Positions 1 to 6,989 of a DNA stretch of 64,000 bases are shown piece by piece. The notes beneath the pieces are model-generated. The model was not told where the DNA came from. It made no database searches and worked only from the letters and a program-made list of their open reading frames with translations. Numbering within the stretch: position 1 is the stretch's first letter; each line of letters opens with the position of its first letter. Both the position numbers and the translations under genes were made by a program. Source of the DNA: Pyrinomonadaceae bacterium (lineage in GTDB: Bacteria > Acidobacteriota > Blastocatellia > Pyrinomonadales > Pyrinomonadaceae); contig DASVQM010000072.1 in the NCBI GenBank assembly GCA_036389095.1, positions 25,718 through 89,717 on the forward strand, read 5' to 3'.

Positions 1-159
1 GTCGTCGGCGTTGAAGAGGGTGCATTTGATCATGACACTGCGGCGGCCAGGGCGATAGCGAAACTTGGTGAAGAAGGGTGGGAGATGATGAACTGCCTGT
101 CAAATCAGGCAGCGTCGGGGCTATCCACTTCAAGCGGCGTAAACAGTAGAAGAGGCTAG
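1..159 (+). CDS. 3' end of an ORF entering from upstream (hypothetical; ...AKLGEEGWEMM... tail, DUF4177-like is only a guess)
   Basis: Frame 1 is open from base 1 to TAG at 157-159. Only 52 codons are visible. Confidence 0.2.
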   Translation, partial: VVGVEEGAFDHDTAAARAIAKLGEEGWEMMNCLSNQAASGLSTSSGVNSRRG

Positions 160-214
160 CTCGGCAGATAAAAGCGAGCATAGAAAAGTTGTCCAACCTG
201 AGGGTGAGACACTT

Positions 215-769
215 ATGAGTCTTAAAGAATCCATCATTACCGAAATCAAACAGGAGACGGCCACCACCAGGCGATTGATAGAACGAGTGCCCGAGGCCTC
301 CTTTCAATGGCAGCCCCATAAGAAATCCATGACGCTTGTGCGCTTAGCCTCGCACATTCCCGAACTAATCGGCTGGGTTAAAACCATTGTCGCGCAGTCC
401 GAGTGGGACTTCGGAAGTGACCATTACATACCACCCGCCACTACTACGGCATCGGAGCTTCTAAAGTTGTTCGATGATAACGTAAGCACAGCTCTTGGTC
501 TTCTCGAAAATCAGACGGACGAAAGTCTTGTCGCCCGCTGGCGGCTGAAAAACGGTGAAACAATTCTCCTGAACCTGCCGCGCGCGGCGGCTCTACGCAC
601 GGTCGTGATGAACCATGTCATACACCACCGCGGCCAGTTGTCCGTCTATCTGCGGCTGCTCGACGTGCCGCTTCAGGAGTTGGCCCAAGCTGAGAACATG
701 GCCCTGGCTACCAAGGAAGAAGGCCTTAAGCACGTTATCTGGTCAACGCTCGAAGACACGCGCCGGTGA
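215..769 (+). CDS. DinB/YfiT-like family protein with a replaced (chimeric) C-terminal tail
   Basis: ORF 215-769. The first ~150 aa show the DinB-family pattern (ASFQWQPHKKSMTL, HHRGQLSVYLRLLDVP). The last ~32 aa read like an NmrA-family internal segment (EEGLKHVIWSTLED). Confidence 0.7.
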   Translation: MSLKESIITEIKQETATTRRLIERVPEASFQWQPHKKSMTLVRLASHIPELIGWVKTIVAQSEWDFGSDHYIPPATTTASELLKLFDDNVSTALGLLENQTDESLVARWRLKNGETILLNLPRAAALRTVVMNHVIHHRGQLSVYLRLLDVPLQELAQAENMALATKEEGLKHVIWSTLEDTRR

Positions 770-961
770 GCGCCACTTGAAGATGAGCGGATGCCCACGC
801 TCATGGGCAAATACAAGGAGCCGCACTTCGACGCCAAGGGCGAAGCCAATCACCTGTTCACCGACTCGGGCGTGCCGAACACTTTCCTGCTGACTTCGTT
901 TTATCGGGATAACTTCATCTATTTCGGCATGGGTCCGAAGAGGGGCGGGGACGGAAAACTC
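671..961 (+). pseudogene. NmrA-like (NAD(P)-binding) gene fragment, fused in frame to dinB and interrupted by an in-frame TGA at 767-769
   Basis: ...KEEGLKHVIWSTLEDTRR*APLEDERMPTLMGKYKEPHFDAKGEANHLF...NTFLLTSFYRDNFIYF resembles the middle of NmrA-family proteins. It has no N-terminal Rossmann part and no proper C-terminus. Confidence 0.5.
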
Positions 962-969
962 GGAGCGCG

Positions 970-1243
970 CAGACCGGCGGCGGCGTCCGCCACGATACGG
1001 CTGACTAGCTGCTCCGTGCCGGTGAATCCTTCGGCGTTGTAGCGCAGCAGGATGGCCGATTCATCGCTGACCAGCCGGTCGCCAGCCGTCTTGAGGATGG
1101 AGGTCTTGCCGTAGGCGACGCGGGCCCACCAGAAAGAGCTTGCCACCTTCACGCATGGTGCGCATAACGGCCCGTACCTCATCCTGCCTGTCTACCAGTT
1201 CTTCCGCTCCTAATTCCCGGCCGAATTCGAATGGATTCTTCAT
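970..1243 (-). pseudogene. N-terminal fragment of an AAA/ATPase_2-type ATP-binding protein, frameshifted and truncated
   Basis: MKNPFEFGRELGAEELVDRQDEVRAVMRTMREGGKLFLVGPRR (frame of ORF 1061-1294) continues as YGKTSILKTAGDRLV...RIVADAAAGL in the frame of ORF 919-1182. The Walker A motif is split by a frameshift near 1120. Only ~90 aa are present. Confidence 0.55.
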
Positions 1244-1257
1244 ATAATCACACTTAC

Positions 1258-1294
1258 TTGCCCTTGCAATTTTGTATAAAAATTGCAAGGGCAA
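1258..1294. promoter_or_regulatory. 16-bp-arm palindrome TTGCCCTTGCAATTTT-gtata-AAAATTGCAAGGGCAA upstream of the ATPase fragment (operator or hairpin)
   Basis: Perfect inverted repeat read directly from the sequence, flanked by a second TTACTTGC/GCAAGTAA pair. Confidence 0.4.
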
Positions 1295-1559
1295 AAATGC
1301 AAGTAAAAACGGTCAAGCCGAAGCGCCTCTGAGTCGGCCGGCAAGGTATTGATCAGCCGAGATACATCCAAGCCCTATCCACCTCCGATACCTTCAAAAA
1401 TAGTCCCGCAGACGATCTGTTTTGCCACCTCATTACGCGTTAAAGGATAGAGGTGGAACTGGCAATATCGCCTCAAGAGGCTGGCATAGAGTCGGCTCCC
1501 CCGCCCCGTGGGGCCGTGGTCGTGGGCCAGAGGGGCGACGCGCCATTGAGGAAGAGGGG

Positions 1560-2693
1560 ATGAAAGAAGGTTCTAAATTAACGCGCCGTCAGGTACTCGC
1601 AGGCATGGCTGCCACGGCGCTCTGCGGGGTCGCACAGGGCGCAGTCATCGAGGAGGCCGAAGGGTTAAAAGGGCGGGCCACCGGCGGCGATGAAAGGCCC
1701 GGACCCGTGAGGGCGGACGCGGCGAGGTTTGGCATCATGAAAAATCAGCAGAAAGAAGATCACAGAGGAGCCCGGACGATCATCGGCAAACTTTCGGGGA
1801 AGAAGATCACCATACCAGATGTCAATGTCCCGCCGATGCCTGCTCTGGCTCCTCCGGGCGTCATTCACAACGGCAGGAAAGCCGAGAACTTCGGCGAGAT
1901 CGACTCGTCAAGGGGATACCCCGATGTGAGAAGTTTCAGTAGAAAGTTCGGGCTGGTAATTCCGGCTACGAATACCAGCATGGAGCATGAACTCTGGGGG
2001 ATCATCTTCAAAAACCAGGGGCCGGACGGCTTAAGAGGGGTTGGCCTTCACACCGCCAATGTCATCACGCCGAAGCCGAAGCTGGAAACCGAAGCCGATC
2101 TGCTGGAGTACAAGAAACAGTTCCTGGGCGGGCTCAAGGCGGCGGTGGATGCGGCCTCGCTGGCGCAGCCGCAATACATGATCATGGGCATGAGCCTGGA
2201 ACACATTATCGGGGGCATCGAAGAGATAAGGGCGCCCGTAGTGGAAATTGAGACTTACTCGGGTCTGGCCTGGGCCACCTGGCATGATGCCATTCAAGCG
2301 GCGCTGGGGAAGTACGGGGCGAAGAGGATCGGGATTCTGACCCCCTTCGATAAGAAAGGGAACGAGTCCGCTGCGCGTATGTTCGAGGAGTTGGGTTTCG
2401 ACGTGGTTTCAAGCGTCGGATTCTCCTGCGCCAACGCGCTTCACATCGCGCACGTCCCGGACTGGGCCAAGGAAAAGGCCATCCTGGAATTGTTGGCGAC
2501 CGGTGAGAATAAACTGGATGCGATCGTTCAGTGTGGAACGAACATGAGCTTGATAAATGTGACGGAGAAATTGGAGCCTGTGATTGGGATTCCGATCCTG
2601 GGGATCAACGCGGTGACTTTCTGGTACGCGCTTCGGGAGAACGGGTTTGAAGGAGTTCTGGCGGGTGCGGGAAGATTGCTGCGAGAGTTCTGA
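1560..2693 (+). CDS. Asp/Glu racemase / maleate isomerase / arylmalonate decarboxylase-family protein with a Tat-type signal peptide
   Basis: ATG 1560 is preferred (MKEGSKLTRRQVLAGMAATALCG is twin-arginine like). The body has LVIPATNTSMEHELW and QCGTNMS motifs typical of this fold. The ORF-track start at 1422 adds an implausible Gly/Arg leader. Confidence 0.55.
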   Translation: MKEGSKLTRRQVLAGMAATALCGVAQGAVIEEAEGLKGRATGGDERPGPVRADAARFGIMKNQQKEDHRGARTIIGKLSGKKITIPDVNVPPMPALAPPGVIHNGRKAENFGEIDSSRGYPDVRSFSRKFGLVIPATNTSMEHELWGIIFKNQGPDGLRGVGLHTANVITPKPKLETEADLLEYKKQFLGGLKAAVDAASLAQPQYMIMGMSLEHIIGGIEEIRAPVVEIETYSGLAWATWHDAIQAALGKYGAKRIGILTPFDKKGNESAARMFEELGFDVVSSVGFSCANALHIAHVPDWAKEKAILELLATGENKLDAIVQCGTNMSLINVTEKLEPVIGIPILGINAVTFWYALRENGFEGVLAGAGRLLREF

Positions 2694-2890
2694 TCAGGCC
2701 GCGGGGCGGCATAACATCGGCGAGCGGTGGACGCGCGATATAGTCACTTTTTCAGTATGGGGTTCTCGATAGTGGAAGTTCGGCCCCCTCCACTTTTTGA
2801 TAACCACCGCTTCAGGCGTTTGGACTATTGTCAGATGATGGCCTCGCTGGGAAAACGTCAAGCCTGACTTTGTTTCAAACTAGTGCTGAA

Positions 2891-3617
2891 TTATTTCCAT
2901 CTCCGCTTAGCCTGCCCTCTCTGCCTGGCCAGACGCGACAGCTTCTTCCAACGCTTCTTTTCCGTAAGTTGGGCGTTGATGTCCTGCTTGCGCGCAACAT
3001 GCTGCAATTCCTTCTGTAGCTTCTCGTAGCTCTCATACCTGGCGGCTTCAATCGTCCCCGCTGCCAGTGACTCTTGAATAGCACACCCGGGTTCGTCCCG
3101 GTGCCGGCAATCGCTGAAGCGGCAATTACGAACCAAAGCTTCGATGTCATCGAATGCGTGTTGAAGACTCTCACTTCCATCCCAGAGGTGCAACTCACGC
3201 ATCCCGGGCGTGTCGAGCACGAGTCCTCCATGTGGCAGGAGAATCAACTCGCGATAGGTTGTCGTGCGCTGGCCTCTCCCATCGTGAGCGCGGATCTCAC
3301 GTACCTTTTGCACGTCGCGTCCGAGCAGGTGATTTATCAGAGTTGATTTCCCGACCCCGGACGAGCCCAGTAGGGCCACGGTCTGCCCGTGTCGGAAATA
3401 TGGCGCAAGCTCGTCCAACCCGTCCTGGCTAACTACGCTGACGATATGGACTGGCACATCCACAGCCACGGTTTGAATCTCCGCGAGCCTCTCTTCAACC
3501 TCTCCGCATAGGTCTGCCCTACTGAGGACGATGACGGGGCTGGCCCCGCTTTCCCAGGCTACAATCAAATAGCGCTCAATCCGACGCACGTCGAAGTCCA
3601 GTGAGGGGGCTTCCTGA
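2891..3617 (-). pseudogene. rsgA: ribosome small-subunit-dependent GTPase RsgA, 5'-truncated (OB-fold domain missing)
   Basis: DRYL-type segment IERYLIVAWESGASPVIVLSRADL, P-loop LLGSSGVGKSTLINHL, RTTTYRELILL, and the C-terminal zinc motif CRFSDCRHRDEPGCA. Homology stops at ...PSLDFDV next to the 3601-3634 palindrome, and no OB-fold is encoded upstream. Confidence 0.8.
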
Positions 3618-3634
3618 TCAGGAAGCCCCCTCAC
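3601..3634. repeat. perfect 34-bp palindrome GTGAGGGGGCTTCCTGA|TCAGGAAGCCCCCTCAC at the rsgA truncation point
   Basis: The sequence equals its own reverse complement. One arm is rsgA coding sequence (..QEAPSL..) and the other is its inverted copy. Confidence 0.9.
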
Positions 3635-3636
3635 TC

Positions 3637-3704
3637 CAGTTACCAACTTTATTGTTGAGCTACCGACTTTATTGTCTAGTTACCAACTTTATTGTCATCA
3701 CACA
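3637..3704 (-). mobile_element. remnant of a Tn7-family transposon end: TGTG tip plus three abutting 20-bp TnsB-type binding-site repeats
   Basis: The minus strand from 3704 reads TGTGTGAT-GACAATAAAGTTGGTAACTA-GACAATAAAGTCGGTAGCTC-AACAATAAAGTTGGTAACTG. This closely resembles Tn7 ends as I recall them (TGTGGGCG-GACAAAATAGTTGGGAACT / GACAATAAAGTCTTAAACT). Confidence 0.7.
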
Positions 3705-3714
3705 TTTTGCGCGA

Positions 3715-3726
3715 CAGGGTCTCAGT
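3715..3726. repeat. left copy of the direct repeat CAGGGTCTCAGT (carries a displaced copy of the pilC stop codon, TCA at 3722-3724)
   Basis: An identical 12-mer lies at 26823-26834. Both copies sit at the AT-rich/GC-rich transitions. Confidence 0.75.
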
Positions 3727-3728
3727 CC

Positions 3729-3774
3729 TGATGGGTAATCATATTTTTCCGGGTGGGTTATCCTTATTTTTCCG
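3729..3774 (+). repeat. left-end array: two tandem 23-bp units (putative transposase binding sites)
   Basis: TGATGGGTAATCATATTTTTCCG and GGTGGGTTATCCTTATTTTTCCG match at 16/23. They match the reverse complement of the right-end units at 14-16/23, ungapped and in phase. Confidence 0.65.
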
Positions 3775-3913
3775 CTTTGGCGGGATCCCCGGACATTTAT
3801 AGATTTCCACCTATTTCCATAGATGGATAAACCATTTTTAACATAGCATACTGGCAATGATTTACAAAGAAATTTTTGTGGTTTTATATAACCCGAAACT
3901 TAGCCGTGTGGAA

Positions 3914-4415
3914 TCACACGTTAGACTTCGCTTCCCCGACTTTTAGATCACGTAATAATCGATCAAATGAACGCTGGTAATGATCATAATCTTTCCATTG
4001 AGTAAAGTCCCCTATGTGGCGCGTCCTACGAATAAACGCAGGCCAGCCTGAATCAATCTCCATCACTGCATCATCAAGCCGGATTGGATACAGTACTATC
4101 CGCTCGCTACTTCGCTCTCTTTCGAATGCAGTTTCCGCCTCCTTTTCTACCCAACTGCTTGCAATTGAGTTTTCCGAAAGAACTAACAACAGCCAAGTGG
4201 GAGATTCCTGAGTTGCCTTTAGGCTCCCATTTGGCAAGTTTGTGTCTGTGGTAGCGCTTACCTCCGATGTAGTAGAGGTGGATTGGGCTGCGATCTCGTT
4301 GGAGGGATGTTCTGTATGTTTTTCTATACTCATCGAATGAAAGCGAAAGTTCGTATTTGAATACTTCCACGGGTTTAAGCGTAGCCATTAATGATAAGTA
4401 GAATAAGATAACCAT
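3914..4415 (-). pseudogene. degenerate TIR-like domain gene (frameshifted, central part replaced by a Ser/Thr-rich stretch)
   Basis: The C-terminal half WLLLVLSENSIASSWVEKEAETAFERE...IVLYPIRLDD is typical of TIR betaC-alphaC-betaD. A betaA-like KYELSLSFDE lies in another frame starting at ATG 4415, which abuts the upstream stop codon. The two frames switch near 4335. Confidence 0.4.
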
Positions 4416-5120
4416 TCATTTGCTTGATTTCTGTGCAATAGAAGTTATTTTTGAGAAAAGTTTATATTGGGTTGAAAAGCCATTCCCTTCTGCGCTCGTC
4501 CATCGCAACTCCGGATGGTGCGCCAAGTATTCTTCATAACTTTTCCGCTCCTGCATCACTTTCTTTCTTTCTTTTGCTGTCATCTCCTCCGTCAGAATCT
4601 TTTCACAGAGGACGGGCATCAGAACGCACAGCGGGTCTCCGTATTGAAAAGTGATGGTTTCTTTTGGGCGAGGACAAGTGAAAACAAGAAATAAAGGTTT
4701 TGGATACCACCATGTTTCTACTAAACCATTAACCAAATGTGCCTTAGATTGATATTCTGCCGGAAGCGATTGTGTGTAAATTCCTATTCCCGGTTCAGTT
4801 CTTATGAGGTAGTTTGTTGCCAGACCGAAATGTCTCAATGAAAACATCGAAACAATGCTCTTATCGGCTCGCTGACCTATCATGCTTTTTATGCTGAATT
4901 CCGGAATATCATTTTTTCGTCCGGTGATGGTGAGATGAACTCGATGAGGGAACAGCATCAACAGCCCGTAAGATTGCGCATCGATCCAAGGTTTGCAATG
5001 AATCGGTAGCGCCGGTGGCTTCGGCAATTTCGCAAGCCGTCGCTCGCCCTCAGAAATTTGAGGTTTAATAGGCATCAGCTGAGGGGCAGCCTCGTCAAGC
5101 TTAATGTATTTTATTTTCAT
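4416..5120 (-). CDS. hypothetical protein (234 aa; CKPWIDAQSYG motif, possibly DUF6065-like from memory)
   Basis: Clean ORF tightly packed between the neighbouring genes (4-nt gap upstream, its stop abuts the next ATG). Confidence 0.6.
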   Translation of the reverse strand: MKIKYIKLDEAAPQLMPIKPQISEGERRLAKLPKPPALPIHCKPWIDAQSYGLLMLFPHRVHLTITGRKNDIPEFSIKSMIGQRADKSIVSMFSLRHFGLATNYLIRTEPGIGIYTQSLPAEYQSKAHLVNGLVETWWYPKPLFLVFTCPRPKETITFQYGDPLCVLMPVLCEKILTEEMTAKERKKVMQERKSYEEYLAHHPELRWTSAEGNGFSTQYKLFSKITSIAQKSSK

Positions 5121-5124
5121 GACA

Positions 5125-6081
5125 CTAAGCTTTAGTAGCTACTGCAAGAGTCTGGTAGCAGGTGAATGTGGAAAAATTTTGTTGCAACTCGTCCACCGCC
5201 GGCTTAACGTCCGGCCAATTGCTGTTCCCGTAGTCATGAAATGCTACGATTCCACCTTTGACAAGTTTTGGAAACCAAGCATGAAAATCACCCACGATGC
5301 CATCATAAGAATGGTCGGCATCAATAAAGAGCATGCTGATTTTGCTTTTATACTTATCTGCCGCTTGCACTGTGTCTTGAACCAATACCTTCACTTGCCG
5401 CGAGAGTTTGGCCTTTTTAAGATTCTTTTTGAATCGTGGGAGGGATGTAGGAATAGTTCGGGCAAGCTCCGGTGGAAAAGAACCTGCTGCGATATGTTGA
5501 TGCCATTCGTGGTCGTCAACGGCCAACACTCGATTTTTATTCTTGCTCTTGAGCGTGCCTAATGCCAGAGCAATGGTTGACCCGCCGAACATGCTGCCAA
5601 GCTCGCAGATCGGTTCCTTAAAGTTGTTCTCTCTAGCCAGCAAGTAGAGGATTAGACATTCAAGCTCTAGCAGTCCGAGATCATCCACATTGATGGTATC
5701 GCGCAGTTGCATTATCTCTTCTAGTGTTAGTCTTATCTTCCTGCCGTTTAGAGCATATCCTGTGCTGAGAAGCATGCCCGGTTCAATAAGCCTGCGTAAA
5801 ATTTCACACTGGACGGTTTGCTCGTTGCTCTTATTTGATAGTTTAGCTCGCGCCCCCGCGCCAAATTGAGTTAGCAAGCGGAAAGCGTCGTCGCTAAGCA
5901 ACAGACCATAATTGGCCGGCGCATCAGCCCTGAAGTGAACAAACCAATCGGTATTAGTTCTTTTGATTCTTATGTCTCGTGAGAGGATTAACGCAGACCT
6001 TAAGCTTCGGTCGATGTCTATAGGCTTGTCCATCATAATATTTAGGTAGCTGTACTCAACCGCTAATAAAGGTGGCTGCAT
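5125..6081 (-). CDS. class I SAM-dependent methyltransferase (Methyltransf_24-like C-terminal domain) with a ~150-aa N-terminal extension
   Basis: ELGSMFGGSTIALALG (motif I-like) and LFIDADHSYDGIVGDFHAWFPKLVKGGIVAFHDY. The N-terminal part (WFVHF...LLLSDDAFRLLTQF...ILRRLIEPGMLL) faintly resembles a PqqD-type small domain. Confidence 0.65.
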   Translation of the reverse strand: MQPPLLAVEYSYLNIMMDKPIDIDRSLRSALILSRDIRIKRTNTDWFVHFRADAPANYGLLLSDDAFRLLTQFGAGARAKLSNKSNEQTVQCEILRRLIEPGMLLSTGYALNGRKIRLTLEEIMQLRDTINVDDLGLLELECLILYLLARENNFKEPICELGSMFGGSTIALALGTLKSKNKNRVLAVDDHEWHQHIAAGSFPPELARTIPTSLPRFKKNLKKAKLSRQVKVLVQDTVQAADKYKSKISMLFIDADHSYDGIVGDFHAWFPKLVKGGIVAFHDYGNSNWPDVKPAVDELQQNFSTFTCYQTLAVATKA

Positions 6082-6199
6082 CGCCTGAGCCCGACGATGG
6101 GATAATTCACGCAGTCGTAATGAACTTACTTACTGGATAGTCATGCAGAGAGAAGCGGGCTGCCGCTACAGCCCGCTTCTTGAATTAAGCTGCTCCGGT

Positions 6200-6547
6200 T
6201 TACTTGCCCTTGGATGGATGTCTATAGACTATGATCAGGGCAAGCTTTTCATCGGGGAAGACAAATAGAGCTTTACAGGTCGGGCCAGCAACAGAAGACG
6301 GCACATCAGTGTTCACCACAGTCGTTTGAATTCTATAGTCCTCTTTAATGAGCCCTTCTCGGAGTAGATGCGTCTTCGGGTCGGCGAGGAATTTCAGAGA
6401 TTCCGCCGCAGTCATCTCAGTGAAATACTGCGTCCATGTTTCTTCGCGCAGTTCTTTTATGTGTTGGCTGACATTCGTCCACCTGCTTTTCCTTGTCGCT
6501 TTCTTCGCTGCTTTTTTGGCAGGTTTACTTGATTTACGAGTTACCAT
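6200..6547 (-). CDS. small basic protein (Lys/Ala-rich N-terminus KSSKPAKKAAKKATRKSR), function unknown
   Basis: ATG 6547 has AGGAGA about 6 nt upstream. The ORF-track start at 6577 is 10 codons longer. Confidence 0.5.
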   Translation of the reverse strand: MVTRKSSKPAKKAAKKATRKSRWTNVSQHIKELREETWTQYFTEMTAAESLKFLADPKTHLLREGLIKEDYRIQTTVVNTDVPSSVAGPTCKALFVFPDEKLALIIVYRHPSKGK

Positions 6548-6989
6548 GAGGTTTCTCCTTTCGGATTGTGAGATCAATAGGAAGTAGCAACTCCGGATGG
6601 GAAGTCGCCATTTTACAGAAACTGCGATTCATAAGGCAGAGGCAATTTATCCGCAGAAGGTTAGGTTGTCAATACTTATGAAAATGATGCACTTTGTAGG
6701 ATTAAAACAAAAACCTACAGCATACTGATATAACTTATCCTCAAGAACAGATTCTTGGGCAAGCCCCTGCTTCTTCAATGATAGAATCTAGGGATTGACA
6801 TTCTCCTGTTATAGGAATACCTTGCCGCACATCAAGGGTTTTCTCACGTTGACAAGGGCTTACCGTTTTGAGACTTGCTTTACATGACTTACAAGATAGA
6901 GCGGGTGTAAAATGTATCCCGGAACTGCTCGACAAGCTGTTCTTATTTGACTTTTGATAGACCATAGGAAGTCCCCCCACCCTAATAGT

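Noticed and set aside
3809-3830. ATTTCCACC/ATTTCCAT motifs resembling a segment of Tn7L, and inverted similarity to the ATGGAAATGG iteron cores
   Set aside because: The matches are 8-9 nt only and lie on the wrong side of the Tn7-like tip.
3669-3857. 62-aa ORF in the left end of the island
   Set aside because: It lies entirely within the end repeats and the direct-repeat region, and its composition reflects those repeats.
5104-5562. 152-aa plus-strand ORF
   Set aside because: It is antisense to the methyltransferase gene, which has clear SAM-MTase motifs.
6151-6180. Hairpin AGAAGCGGGCTG-ccgcta-CAGCCCGCTTCT as an intrinsic terminator between the 6200-6547 and 5125-6081 genes
   Set aside because: It has a good stem but no U-tract on either strand. 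It may attenuate or stabilise the transcript, but I do not call it a terminator.
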